64,000 bases of DNA from Acidobacteriia bacterium AH_259_A11_L15 (GCA_027717655.1 JALLOH010000003.1:6160-70159), one strand, 5' to 3'; shown: positions 38,100 to 48,246, numbered from the stretch's first letter. The notes: generated from the letters alone by a model not told the origin. Numbers and translations are program-made.

Positions 38100-38579
38100 C
38101 TACTCCCTTTCGAGCACTTTCTGGCGAAACATCTCTACAAGCTCTTCGGAGATCCAAGCCCCTTCGCGAATCATGTCCTCGAGGATTCTGACAGCCTCCC
38201 CCCCGGAGATCCTTTCTATTTCAACTGCATACTCCAAAACACCAATCGCGCCAGAAACAGCGATTTGTAGTTCTTCAGCTGTCTGTCTGGCCTGCCTGTC
38301 ATTTGTCAGCAGAGTTGCCGCGTGCGATTGGGCAACTGTAAGGGCGCCTAGCTCTCCGGAACCTAGGCCTGGCTTGTTCCCGCGTATGTCACCAAGAAAC
38401 TGCCATTCTTCTGCGCTCGTTAACGGTGCAATTTCAGCTTGAGGAAGCTGGATATCAGCTTCGGCAAGCTCTTTTTCTACGAAGTCGGATATCAACATGC
38501 GTCCGGCGAAAAGATCAAGCAAGAGTTCGAGACTGCCAGTTAGGTGGAAATCAGCCACCACACTTGCATCCAAAGACAC
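38100..38579 (-). CDS. PIN-domain protein (DUF3368-like)
   Basis: LDASV, VEKE, LGSGELGAL, LLTNDRQAR and GAIGVL. Confidence 0.8.
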   Translation of the reverse strand: MSLDASVVADFHLTGSLELLLDLFAGRMLISDFVEKELAEADIQLPQAEIAPLTSAEEWQFLGDIRGNKPGLGSGELGALTVAQSHAATLLTNDRQARQTAEELQIAVSGAIGVLEYAVEIERISGGEAVRILEDMIREGAWISEELVEMFRQKVLERE

Positions 38580-38589
38580 GGTTCCTGAG

Positions 38590-39723
38590 CTAAGCCTGTG
38601 CAGAGGCTAGTCCTTTTCGCCACTCTTGGGCTTTTCTCCTGGTCTCGACTATGTTCAGTCCCAGTAATTCTGCAAGCTTTCCAAGAGAAACCACTTCATC
38701 CAGGGCAGCTTTTCGAGCGAGATGTTGGAATCTGCTGAATCTGTTCCACTGTTCGAGAAAGTCTTTCGGCATAGGTGCAAGTTCCCTAGTCTTATCACCT
38801 CTGTGCTTATCCAGCTCGGCAAACAACTGCTTATATTCGGCCTCAGAAAGCAAACGGAGATCGCGAAGTCTGACGAGCATCATGTCACCACTGACACTAA
38901 AATAATGCTTTAGGAAAACTACATCCTCGAGGCCTACCTTCTTTTCTCCGACATTTTTCAGAAACAAATCCCGAAGGCCGACTTCGGGAACAAGAAAATT
39001 CGCAGCAAAGAGGTTGGCCATCTTCTCCAACTCGTGTTCTTTCTCGAGTCCGGCTGAAGGCTCAGGACTCTTGTAAAAGGAACGGTGCATGAGGAGATGA
39101 CCATACTCATGCGCCAGCGAGAAGATTTGGCGTTCTAGAGTGTTACGTTCGTTTATGAAAATGCAAGGACCATACTGCAAGGAAAATGCAGAAAAGCCGA
39201 ACATGTCTTTGTCATCGACTGGGAAGCGGAAGATTCTCACGCTCTGTTCATCTAGGAGTTTGAAAATGTTGTCGATGGGATCAAGTTGTCCTAAGCCCAT
39301 CCTCTCACGCTCTGAATGGGCGACTTGGGTAGCGAACTGAAAAGGCCTTGAATGGACACGGGGTGAGTACGAATACTCGGGCGGCGGGAGTAGACTATCA
39401 GCGACGCCTACAATGTCTTCAAGCTCGCGATAGGCTTTGCAGAATCTCTCGAAGCGTGAACGGGCCTGCGAAGGAGCGATTGCTTCTGCTGCTGCACGAT
39501 ACAGGAGCGCCAGCGCCGCTTCCTTTTCCTCGAAGAAGTCGCTGACGGAGCGACCGAGGACACGCGCTGCTACGAGGAGCTTGGTACTGTCGATGGCTAC
39601 ATGACCGTTCTCGATCGCGCTCAGAGTCGCCCTAGATACACCCAGTTGGTCGGCTAGCTCCTCCTGGGACAGCCCAGCTAACTCCCGAGCAGACTTCAAG
39701 TTACGGCCAATTATTTCCTTCAC
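38590..39723 (-). CDS. XRE HTH fused to an ImmA/IrrE metallopeptidase (CapH/CapP-like functions)
   Basis: GLSQEELADQLGVSRATLSAIENG, FSLAHEYGH and EKMANLFAANFLVP. Confidence 0.9.
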   Translation of the reverse strand: MKEIIGRNLKSARELAGLSQEELADQLGVSRATLSAIENGHVAIDSTKLLVAARVLGRSVSDFFEEKEAALALLYRAAAEAIAPSQARSRFERFCKAYRELEDIVGVADSLLPPPEYSYSPRVHSRPFQFATQVAHSERERMGLGQLDPIDNIFKLLDEQSVRIFRFPVDDKDMFGFSAFSLQYGPCIFINERNTLERQIFSLAHEYGHLLMHRSFYKSPEPSAGLEKEHELEKMANLFAANFLVPEVGLRDLFLKNVGEKKVGLEDVVFLKHYFSVSGDMMLVRLRDLRLLSEAEYKQLFAELDKHRGDKTRELAPMPKDFLEQWNRFSRFQHLARKAALDEVVSLGKLAELLGLNIVETRRKAQEWRKGLASAQA

Positions 39724-39744
39724 GGCTCCTCCTTGATTAAGTTT

Positions 39745-39783
39745 CTTGACAATATTGTGATGGACGAGCTAGAATTTGTCAAG
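39745..39783. promoter_or_regulatory. Overlapping divergent sigma70 promoters within a CTTGACAA/TTGTCAAG inverted repeat
   Basis: Plus strand TTGACA(39746)-18 nt-TAGAAT(39770); minus strand TTGACA(39782)-17 nt-CACAAT(39759). Confidence 0.7.
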
Positions 39784-39805
39784 TACTTTAGACGCTAGAG
39801 TTAGC

Positions 39806-40759
39806 ATGACAGGAGACGCACACAAGGTGAGCGAGACAAGAAGGGAGGACAAAGCCAGCCGGCTTCCAACTGGCGCGCTGACAGCAGAGCGCATACTGCC
39901 CGACCCCGTACTGGATGCCCACTGGGAGAGGATCATCATCCCTGAGGATCTCCGCCAAGGTTTACTCGGGCAAGCTGTGGTTTCCATGACCATAAGGCGT
40001 CGGCTCGGAACCGTCGCGTCTGCGCTGCATGGGATCATCTTGCTAACTGGTGCGCCTGGGACAGGGAAGACTACTTTGGCCCGCGGACTCGCCAACCGGG
40101 TGGCGCGTGCAAATCAGAGAGAATATGGCAAGATGGTTTACGCAGAGGTCGATCCTCACCGGCTTCCCAGTGAACTCCTCGGGCGCACACAGCAGGCAGT
40201 TACTCGCCTGCTTGGTGAAGAAATTCCGGCCTTCGCGTCAAATGGCAAGCCTGCAATCATACTTCTTGATGAGGTTGAGTCCTTAGCAACAAGCAGGACT
40301 AAGGCTTCTATGGAAACGAATCCCGTCGACGTACACCGTGCGACTGATGCAGTCCTTGCTGGAGTGGACCGTCTCGCTGAAGAGTTTCCTCACCTGCTGT
40401 TTCTGGCGACGACCAACTTTTCTGAGGCCGTAGACTATGCATTCATTTCGCGGGTGGACGCGGTTTTCGAACTACCGCTCCCTAGTCTCGAAGCTGGGGC
40501 AGTCATCATCGAGGATACACTTAAGATGTACGCGAACGAGTGGAAATCCATCGAGATGCTTGCGACCAAGGACGTGGGGCTGGCTGTAGCCGAGGTCGCC
40601 CAAGGATTAGATGGACGGCAGCTGCGGAAGCTTGTGGCGCATGCGCTGGCTATGAACCTGGACACTGCGAGCGACCCGGGAAAGCTGACAAGAGAATGTC
40701 TGCTCGAAGCAGCCAAGCGCGTGGTGGAGCTATCTCGGCAGGGGGGTCAGAGGAATTGA
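39806..40759 (+). CDS. cap6: CBASS TRIP13/Pch2-like AAA+ ATPase
   Basis: LHGIILLTGAPGTGKTTLARGLA, ILLDEVESLA, NPVDVHRATDAVL and AFISRVD. Confidence 0.9.
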   Translation: MTGDAHKVSETRREDKASRLPTGALTAERILPDPVLDAHWERIIIPEDLRQGLLGQAVVSMTIRRRLGTVASALHGIILLTGAPGTGKTTLARGLANRVARANQREYGKMVYAEVDPHRLPSELLGRTQQAVTRLLGEEIPAFASNGKPAIILLDEVESLATSRTKASMETNPVDVHRATDAVLAGVDRLAEEFPHLLFLATTNFSEAVDYAFISRVDAVFELPLPSLEAGAVIIEDTLKMYANEWKSIEMLATKDVGLAVAEVAQGLDGRQLRKLVAHALAMNLDTASDPGKLTRECLLEAAKRVVELSRQGGQRN

Positions 40760-41286
40760 GAGTCGAGCGGGTCATCGCGTGCAGTCCGGTTCGTACGCCC
40801 GAGGAGACTGCAAAACGAATTCTTGAGTTCGCGGGATCCTTCGGGGGCAGAGCCACAGTGGGCAACTTGCATCCAGCCGAAAATCTCCTGCGCCATATTG
40901 TCTTGCATCGGATCCCCCAAAACCGTCGGATCGAGGTCTTCTACGGAGAGCATTCATTACACCTGGCGTGTGCGTATGACTCTGAAGCACTAGACATAGA
41001 TGAGGATGATGAGGCTCTCCCAATTAGGCTGCCTCGGCCTTCAGAGGACGACCCATGCTGGACGCTGCATGTACCCTGCCCGGACGATCTACACCCTTGG
41101 GCCGATTCCGTGGTTAAAGCTAATGGGATTGGCACTTGGCTGGTTCTTGAGCCATGCACATCGAAGGCTGCCGCCGAGGGCACAGTGGAGGCCAAGCCCA
41201 AGGTGAAGAAAGAAGGACCACTCGTGGATCTTGAAGACCTAAAGGCTGCGGCACGGGCAAATCGAGACGAGGGCTACGACAAATGA
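40756..41286 (+). CDS. cap8: CBASS HORMA-like protein (Cap8-type)
   Basis: TTG start overlapping the cap6 stop. RVIACSPVRTPEET...CAYDSEAL...WTLHVPCPDD. Confidence 0.7.
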   Translation: MRVERVIACSPVRTPEETAKRILEFAGSFGGRATVGNLHPAENLLRHIVLHRIPQNRRIEVFYGEHSLHLACAYDSEALDIDEDDEALPIRLPRPSEDDPCWTLHVPCPDDLHPWADSVVKANGIGTWLVLEPCTSKAAAEGTVEAKPKVKKEGPLVDLEDLKAAARANRDEGYDK

Positions 41287-41792
41287 GCGTGCAAGTGCGT
41301 GTGCGTGTTGTGATTCGCACGCTGAGCGTGAATTACATTGCGGGAGAGCTGACCCGAGTCTTTCAGGCAGTAGCGATTGCCTTGGGGCTGGACCTCGATT
41401 ATCTCGAGTCCAACTGGAACGTCCTGCTGTCCGGCTTGCGCAAGTGGCTGGAAGAAAACACGCTACAAGCGGTGTACTTGGAGGTTTACAACGCACAAGG
41501 TTTCCTGGTAAGCCGCCTAGATTTGCAAATCCAATACGGCTCAGTGATAGCAGATGAGAGGAACTTCTATAGCGACTTGGAAAGTGTCAGGCTGGCCATG
41601 CGGAAAGTCGGGACTGTTCCGCAGGACTGTCGCTATTGCATCGTCGTTTCGCTGGCGACCGGTGCCTCCGATGTGCCTGGGTGGTCTAGGACGACGCTGC
41701 GGTCAACCGAGGGTATGCGTTCCCTGGCAATCGGCCCCCTGCTGGGGTCTCCATCGATTTCGAGCAAAATGAACATTTGGGTCAGGCGTTAG
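41283..41792 (+). CDS. cap7: CBASS HORMA-domain protein (Cap7-type)
   Basis: SVNYIA...GLRKWLE..LQAVYLEVY...VPGWS...RSTEGM, immediately before the CD-NTase. Confidence 0.8.
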   Translation: MSVQVRVRVVIRTLSVNYIAGELTRVFQAVAIALGLDLDYLESNWNVLLSGLRKWLEENTLQAVYLEVYNAQGFLVSRLDLQIQYGSVIADERNFYSDLESVRLAMRKVGTVPQDCRYCIVVSLATGASDVPGWSRTTLRSTEGMRSLAIGPLLGSPSISSKMNIWVRR

Positions 41793-41837
41793 CCAATACA
41801 GGCTGCCCATGCTTGAACAGAAAGTGAGCAAAAAGGG

Positions 41838-42707
41838 ATGACCGTCAGAGAGGCTTTTGAAAAGTTCAAATCGAACCTTGAAATCACCGAGGAAGAAGAG
41901 ACAACAGCAAGCGGGCGCCATAACCGCGTCCGAGAGCTTCTGGACGGGACTTTCGAACTGGAAAACCATTTCCTGACAGGTTCATACCGGCGGGAGACAA
42001 AAACGAAGCCACTCAAAGATGTAGACATTTTCTGTGTGCTCAAGGCTAACAACTCTACTCGGCGCGCTTACAGGGAAAACAACCCATCCAATGTCCTCTC
42101 CGCCTTCGAAAAGGTGCTCCGTGAAGAGTGTGGTGACAGGGTTTCTATCGGACGGAGATCCGTATCAATCGACTTCGGCCCGGAGGAACGTATTGTGAGC
42201 TTCGACGTGGTGCCAGCCTTCGAAAGATCAGGCAGAGGCTACGAGGTTCCAGACGGGAAATTGGGAATATGGATTGCGAGTGATCCCACCGAGCACGCCA
42301 GCCAAGCTACTGAGAAAAACAAGGAGCTTGACAACAAGTGGAAGCCACTGGTGAAGATGATCAAGGGTTGGAATCGGGCGAACGACAACCCGGTCAAACC
42401 CTCTTTCCTACTGGAGGTCATGGCGATGGAGCTAGTAGCTCCAGAATTCACGAATTACCCATGGGAACTGCAGACCTTTTTTGCCAGCGCAGCCGAACGC
42501 GTTACGGATTCTTGGCCCGATCCAGCTGGGTTGGGTCCAGATGTAAATGACACCATGTCTGACACTGAAAAAAGGCATGCGTCCTTAGCCCTGCAGAGGG
42601 CTGCAGGCGATGCGGCGGCTGCTCGACGGCTGGAAAATGCTGGTCAAGAGAACGATGCAAAACGTGCATGGAGGATGCTGCTAGGACTCCTGTTCCCGGT
42701 CTCCTAA
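41838..42707 (+). CDS. CD-NTase (cGAS/DncV-like cyclic oligonucleotide synthase)
   Basis: FLTGSYRRETKTKPLKDVDIF, SFDVVPAF, KPLVKMIKGWN, SFLLEVM, DPAGLGP and a C-terminal FPVS. Confidence 0.95.
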   Translation: MTVREAFEKFKSNLEITEEEETTASGRHNRVRELLDGTFELENHFLTGSYRRETKTKPLKDVDIFCVLKANNSTRRAYRENNPSNVLSAFEKVLREECGDRVSIGRRSVSIDFGPEERIVSFDVVPAFERSGRGYEVPDGKLGIWIASDPTEHASQATEKNKELDNKWKPLVKMIKGWNRANDNPVKPSFLLEVMAMELVAPEFTNYPWELQTFFASAAERVTDSWPDPAGLGPDVNDTMSDTEKRHASLALQRAAGDAAAARRLENAGQENDAKRAWRMLLGLLFPVS

Positions 42708-42780
42708 GCATTAGCTTGTACTGGCGAAATCAGCTTTTTAGGTAAAATTGCAAGTACCATCGAATACTGTTATCTGAGAT

Positions 42781-43566
42781 ATGCCAACCGATGGGAAAAA
42801 GAATCGAGTCGATCTCAGCAGTGTTTTCGCTGCTGTGGCTGAGCAGCTACGCGCTCAGTTCAATGCCATTCAGCACAGCGTGCAACATGGGCCCACCAAG
42901 GGATCAGCTGGAGAAGCTGTTTGGAGAGAGTGGTTAGAACGACATTTGCCTCGGCGTTACGCTGCCGGCACCGGCTTCGTGACCGACTCCAAGGGTTACC
43001 AAAGTAAACAGCAGGACATCGTGATCTACGACCGCCAATACTCGCCGCTGCTGTATGTCGAGCGAGATGCCTTATTCATTCCGGCTGAAAGTGTCTACGC
43101 CGTTGTCGAGGTAAAAACTTCGCTCACGCCAGATGAAATCGGGGATGCCAAGGCCAAGATAGCTTCTGTACGGACTCTTTATCGGGCCCCGTCGCAGAAG
43201 GTTTTACATGCCGCTGGGGTGGCGCGACCCAGGAAGCATGGCAGGATCTTTGGTTATGTTGTAGCGACAACGACAAGTTTATCTCGTCGCAACTTTCAAA
43301 AAAGGCTCGCTCGACACCTCCGGTCCGATCAAGCTAGCTTCATCGACGGGGGCTGCATTCTAAGCGTTGGAGCTTTTTCAACTCAGCTCGCTAGGGCCAA
43401 AGTCGATTTACGAACAGTTGAGTCAGCAGATCACGCTCTCTTCTGCTTCTTCGGTCTCCTCTTTGAAGATCTCAAAAGCCTAGCAACCGTGAGGCCATTC
43501 GATCTCGGGCACTACGCGACATCGGTTCGCTATCTCCACCGCAAGCGCCTAAAACGCCAGATCTGA
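42781..43566 (+). CDS. nucC: NucC-like cyclic-oligonucleotide-activated endonuclease
   Basis: HGPTKGSAGEAVWREWLERHLPRRY, SKQQDIVIYD and IPAESVYAVVEVK. Confidence 0.85.
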   Translation: MPTDGKKNRVDLSSVFAAVAEQLRAQFNAIQHSVQHGPTKGSAGEAVWREWLERHLPRRYAAGTGFVTDSKGYQSKQQDIVIYDRQYSPLLYVERDALFIPAESVYAVVEVKTSLTPDEIGDAKAKIASVRTLYRAPSQKVLHAAGVARPRKHGRIFGYVVATTTSLSRRNFQKRLARHLRSDQASFIDGGCILSVGAFSTQLARAKVDLRTVESADHALFCFFGLLFEDLKSLATVRPFDLGHYATSVRYLHRKRLKRQI

Positions 43567-43731
43567 CTGCTTGTCCCTCGAGTTTTTCGTATGCGCTGCC
43601 GGCAGAAGTTCTAGAGCGGGCTTAATTAGTCTGGTTGCAATGCAAGCAAGCGCCAGAAGAAGAACTCCTCCCTTCCGTGTTATCGTACACGAGAAACGCG
43701 GACCTAACCTTGTCTGGAGGACCTAGAGCCG

Positions 43732-44904
43732 ATGCGCGAACACACCACTTCATCCGAAATATCTGGCTTGTACAAGCTTTCGGTGCACGAGCGCCTGGAA
43801 ATTGTTGAGAGTTGCGGACAGCTTACCAACGAGGAATTAGAAACACTCTCAGCCACCAAGCCACTAACCGTAGAAGAGGCTAGTCAAATGCTCGAGAATG
43901 TCGCGGGCATTTTCCCACTTCCGCTGTCAATCGCCACACACTTTCGGGTTAATGGGAGAGATCGCCTAGTCCCTATGGTTACGGAGGAAAAGTCAATCGT
44001 CGCTGGAGCGTCGTACGCGGCCAAGCTAGCGCGCTCCGCTGGTGGATTTACTGCTTCCTGCACAGAGCCGCGTATGGTCGGCCAGGTGCAAATCATGAAT
44101 TGCCCGAGTCCTGATGAGGCCGAGCGCCGAGTTGTACGAGAAGCCCAAGGCATACTGGAAAAGGCAAACGCTCTTGGTGGGAGCATTGTTGGACTCGGGG
44201 GAGGAGGAAGAAGTCTCGAATGTAAGGTCCTCCGAACTGACCGCGGCTCGATGTTGATCGTGGATATTACTTTTGACACAAGGGATGCGATGGGCGCTCG
44301 TTTCGTGACGCGGGCATGCGAGAGTGTTGCTCCTTTTTTAGAAGAGATTACAGGAGGGAGAGCTCTAGCCAAGATTGTATCCAACTTTGCAGTTAAAAGA
44401 ATCTGTAAGGCAGGAGCAGTTTGGAGAAAAGACCTGCTCGGTGATGGAACAGTTGCAGGCATTCTCGACGTTTGCGAATTTGCCATTCACGACAAGTTTC
44501 GATGCGTAACCCACAACAAGGGCATCATGAACGGGATTGACGCTGTTGCAGTAGCGACGGGCAATGATTTCCGCGCGATTGAAGCTGCGGCTCATGCCTT
44601 TGCTTGCAGAGAGGGCAGGTATGTCCCGCTCGCTAAGTACTTTCAGGACGACGATGGGAATCTTCGAGGAGAGATCGAGATTCCGTTGCCTGTCGGTATC
44701 GTGGGCGGATCGACGACAAACCCAGTCGCGCGTATTTGTCGGAAAATCCTAGGCGTGAACAGTGTGACTGAGCTGGCCGAAATCATGGCGGCAGTAGGAT
44801 TAGCCCAGAACTTCGCGATATTGAGAGCCCTGGTACAGGAAGGCTTGGAAGGGTCCTACCGAAGGCTGTCAGGCGTGGGGGTTAGAACTTCACAAAAGAC
44901 ATAA
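43732..44904 (+). CDS. mvaA: Class II HMG-CoA reductase-like protein (catalytic His region altered)
   Basis: ENVAG, PMVTEEKS, DAMGA, THNKGIMNG, GNDFRA, GIVGG and GLAQNFA. Confidence 0.85.
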   Translation: MREHTTSSEISGLYKLSVHERLEIVESCGQLTNEELETLSATKPLTVEEASQMLENVAGIFPLPLSIATHFRVNGRDRLVPMVTEEKSIVAGASYAAKLARSAGGFTASCTEPRMVGQVQIMNCPSPDEAERRVVREAQGILEKANALGGSIVGLGGGGRSLECKVLRTDRGSMLIVDITFDTRDAMGARFVTRACESVAPFLEEITGGRALAKIVSNFAVKRICKAGAVWRKDLLGDGTVAGILDVCEFAIHDKFRCVTHNKGIMNGIDAVAVATGNDFRAIEAAAHAFACREGRYVPLAKYFQDDDGNLRGEIEIPLPVGIVGGSTTNPVARICRKILGVNSVTELAEIMAAVGLAQNFAILRALVQEGLEGSYRRLSGVGVRTSQKT

Positions 44905-44914
44905 GCAACTTACG

Positions 44915-45958
44915 TCAGGCGCTGGCTTCAAGCCTGACCCCTTTGACTCCCAGTTGGACTTCGCAAGGTGAATACCCCATGCCTCGTATTGTCTCTTCTA
45001 ATCTTTTCCTGTCCTCGTGAAAACAAATAACGAAACCTCCGCCCCCGGCTCCGGAGAGCTTGGCGCCGCCGCCGATTCTCCTGATGGCTTCTGTCAACTG
45101 GTCAATCTCTACTGTGGAAACACGAAGCTCCGCCAGGACTTGCTGCGCCTCGTTCATGAGACGCTTGATCGTCGCAGCGTCTTTTCGTCCGAGAGCTCCA
45201 AACATCTCGCCTGTCACGCGGCCTAGAATTTTCACTCTTACGACCCGGAAATCTTCTGGCAGGTCCCGAACAATTTGCAGTAGCTGTCCGGTTTTCTTTT
45301 CGCGTTTTCTAGTTTGAACAAGCAAAAAGTTACTAAGATTCCCTGGAATCGCGCCCTCTACCTGTCGAATAATATTCACCGGCGGTCGCTTCTCGAACCA
45401 AATCAATCCACCAAGGCAGCAAGTGGAATTGTCTCCCCCGGATGGCGTCCCGTGGTTGAACTGCTCTATCTCAAAGGCAATCCGATTGATTTCGTCGGAC
45501 GACAGCTCATAACAATAAGCAGTAGACAGCGCCTTGGCCATCGAAACAGCCAGCGCCGCAGAAGACCCCAGACCGGACCCAATCGGGATGTCTGAGCGTA
45601 TTTTAATGTTTGCACCCGTACGGACAGAAAGCTTTTCAAGAACAAGCGCACTTGCTACCAGAGGTAAGTTCATTGGCTTCTTCTTCATTAAATCGAAGAG
45701 AGGCCGAAAGTTCTTGGACTGCATACAAGATCTGTGGATCGCACAGGCCTGCTCTAGCGATGTTGCCCACTCTCGCGGCGTAGCCTCGAGTGTCTGATGC
45801 AGCTCACGACCCCAGATTCTCATCGATTCGGACCGCGTCGCCGATACGGTACATCGCAGCGAAATGGCCGCGATGATTGCGGGCTCGCCGTATACCACCG
45901 AATGTTCGCCAATCAAATGAACCTTGCCAGGAGCCGAGGCTACAACAGTTGCCATCAT
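44915..45958 (-). CDS. mvk: Mevalonate kinase (GHMP kinase)
   Basis: APGKVHLIGEHSVVYG, PIGSGLGSSAA, HGTPSGGDN and KLSGAGGGG. Confidence 0.85.
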   Translation of the reverse strand: MMATVVASAPGKVHLIGEHSVVYGEPAIIAAISLRCTVSATRSESMRIWGRELHQTLEATPREWATSLEQACAIHRSCMQSKNFRPLFDLMKKKPMNLPLVASALVLEKLSVRTGANIKIRSDIPIGSGLGSSAALAVSMAKALSTAYCYELSSDEINRIAFEIEQFNHGTPSGGDNSTCCLGGLIWFEKRPPVNIIRQVEGAIPGNLSNFLLVQTRKREKKTGQLLQIVRDLPEDFRVVRVKILGRVTGEMFGALGRKDAATIKRLMNEAQQVLAELRVSTVEIDQLTEAIRRIGGGAKLSGAGGGGFVICFHEDRKRLEETIRGMGYSPCEVQLGVKGVRLEASA

Positions 45959-46021
45959 CTCACTTTGTCACTGCATAGTGATATCAGCAGGCTTTTTGGC
46001 CGCTCACGGCAAGCAGCTTTC

Positions 46022-46537
46022 ATGGAAAAACAAGTTCGCCTGGTGGATGACGATCTGTTCAGACTCTACGTCAAAGACCAGGATGGTTCCTACTCCGTTC
46101 ACATTAACACCTGGGTTCGTGAGGACTGGAGAGAAATTGCTAGGGCACTCGGCAAGTCAGGCCAGCCAGTCAAAGACAAATCACGATGCTGTTGGCATTT
46201 TAGAGGTGGCAGCGACCCGAGCATTGAAATAGATGTCGGAGAGGGTGAATACGAGTTGTTCGGTGAACAAGGTCGACAATGGAGGACATACATGACTTTG
46301 GATAAATGGGGAATTAAGCCAGTTCAGCTGTCTGCTGAAGTGCGCTCCCTGGTTCGGGAATACAAAACCATCACAAAAAGATTGAGGCATTACGACTTCG
46401 TTCGCTCAAAAAATGTGGTGGGACGAATCGAGCAAAATCTGCCTCTAATGCGAAACAAAATGGAGCAGCTGACACAAGCCTGCATAGATAATTACTACGA
46501 GCCTTTCACCGGAATCAGACCGAGACGTTTGACTTGA
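46022..46537 (+). CDS. Hypothetical protein
   Basis: Probable start MEKQVR, which avoids overlap with mvk. Confidence 0.5.
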   Translation: MEKQVRLVDDDLFRLYVKDQDGSYSVHINTWVREDWREIARALGKSGQPVKDKSRCCWHFRGGSDPSIEIDVGEGEYELFGEQGRQWRTYMTLDKWGIKPVQLSAEVRSLVREYKTITKRLRHYDFVRSKNVVGRIEQNLPLMRNKMEQLTQACIDNYYEPFTGIRPRRLT

Positions 46538-48194
46538 TAGAAAGTAGCCGGCGAATTGTCTCCTCCGCTCTGTCCTGTGCTTTTCCTTTCTTACTCAGTA
46601 GGGCTTCGTTGATGGGGTCCTGTATTTTTCCTTTTTGGAACAACTTCGCTGCTAGGGATGGTATGAGTCCCTTTTCGTTCTTCGTGAATTCCATCATCTG
46701 TTTTTTTATGTTCCCGGAAAGCACATTCTCTAGAATGGCATTACTGAGCATGACGCCGTGGACCCGCTGATCCAGGCTTCTGAGCCTAGCCGATAGTAGT
46801 GCCCACTTGGGGGAGGTTATGGTGAGAATATATCTCCAGTCGAGACCAAAAGGTATCTTCTTGGCGTTGCCACTAAAATCACCAGCGCAGATGGTAGCAT
46901 TTTCTGTTTCTAGAAACCTTTTCAGGATGAATACGGCAAAATCTACAAAGAGTGCTCTTGAGGCGGGAGTTCGTAGCTTTCTGTAATGACCCTGAAACAT
47001 CTCTGCTGTTGGGTGAAGATCAAACTGGTAATAGACGTGTGTGTTGTTTGAACAGCCATGTAGAAATCCGTGCTCGAAATAGGACAGGCGGAGCGGGTAT
47101 CGACTTTTAGCATCAAGACCGCTTAATTGGCAGTCTCTAATAGTGTTCTTGGTTTCTTGGTCCGAGAGTTTTTTGTGGCGGCGCAAAAAGTCGGAAAAGA
47201 AAGCGTTGACGTTTTTGCCGGCATACTCGAGTGGTAGCAGAAGCCCTGGGCTTGTAGAAAAGATATAGAGCGGGGACGATTCGGAAGTGAACAAACTTTT
47301 CGCTTCGTCGTAATAACCTTCTGGATCGAGGACGTTTATTCTCGCGGCAAGAACGTTCCACAATTTTGTGGAAGTTATCTTTGCTAATTGTAGAATTTCT
47401 CTTTCCTGCGGAGTGAGCTCTTCCAATGGGCGATTTTCTAGGCAACGACGCAGGAGGAGAATAGGCAAGGACGCCGGCCATCCGTGGAGTACAAGTCCAA
47501 CTTCATCCTCTTCTCCGGGATCGAGGATCTTGGCTCGGACCAACTCTCTCAACGGACCGGTTTTCCATGCGGGCTGCTTTCGCACCGCTTCAGCAAGAAC
47601 CGACTTCGGAATCCGTACTCTCGGAGAGTCGCGTAATTCCATGAACGCCTCGGAAAGATCGACGGCGCGCTCTGGCGGGAATTTGGTTGTTCGTTGTAAC
47701 TCTTTGAGCTTACGGTTCAATACAACCGCAAATCTGTCGGACCAGCTATCGAGCCAGGGGCGGTTTTCGTCAATCCAGTGAACCGTTTGCGCGAAAAACT
47801 GCCGAACGCTGTCTGCGTCGCCCTTATCGACAGCGAACCGTTCGCGGAAATACGACAGGAAAACATCCAGGGTAGCCATGCAGCGCTCGACAGAGGTCCG
47901 ATCTTCGCCAGGTCGCGTCGTTTCGAGGGGATAGCCAGCCGCGATCAGAGCCTCGGCGCGCATGCCGAGGGCTTTTCCAATTTGTTCCACCCACTTACGT
48001 CGCGGTCTAGCCCTTCGTCTCTTCTTCTCATGCACCAGACGCCACAAATACGAGTAGTCGACCTTAGCCTTGCGAGAAAGCGGTTTTAGGGAAATTCCAG
48101 TCTCTTTTATCGCAGCATTCAACCATGTGCTGAATGTGACCATTGGGAGGTACTCTTCGGAGACCATTGTAGAAGGAGAGTGTATGTTTGTCAA
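46515..48194 (-). CDS. XRE-family HTH fused to a large unknown domain (putative repressor/sensor)
   Basis: TFSTWL...GISLKPLSRKAKVDYSYLWRL...IGKALG...AAGY. Divergent from the operon ending in the recombinase. Confidence 0.7.
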   Translation of the reverse strand: MTNIHSPSTMVSEEYLPMVTFSTWLNAAIKETGISLKPLSRKAKVDYSYLWRLVHEKKRRRARPRRKWVEQIGKALGMRAEALIAAGYPLETTRPGEDRTSVERCMATLDVFLSYFRERFAVDKGDADSVRQFFAQTVHWIDENRPWLDSWSDRFAVVLNRKLKELQRTTKFPPERAVDLSEAFMELRDSPRVRIPKSVLAEAVRKQPAWKTGPLRELVRAKILDPGEEDEVGLVLHGWPASLPILLLRRCLENRPLEELTPQEREILQLAKITSTKLWNVLAARINVLDPEGYYDEAKSLFTSESSPLYIFSTSPGLLLPLEYAGKNVNAFFSDFLRRHKKLSDQETKNTIRDCQLSGLDAKSRYPLRLSYFEHGFLHGCSNNTHVYYQFDLHPTAEMFQGHYRKLRTPASRALFVDFAVFILKRFLETENATICAGDFSGNAKKIPFGLDWRYILTITSPKWALLSARLRSLDQRVHGVMLSNAILENVLSGNIKKQMMEFTKNEKGLIPSLAAKLFQKGKIQDPINEALLSKKGKAQDRAEETIRRLLSIKSNVSV

Positions 48195-48246
48195 ACCTGG
48201 GAAGGAGGCCCGCAGGCAAGAAATGACAATATAGGCGACAGACTTG

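Noticed and set aside
40540-40755. N-terminal extension of the Cap8 ORF
   Set aside because: It overlaps cap6. The TTG at 40756 with an RBS fits the family start.
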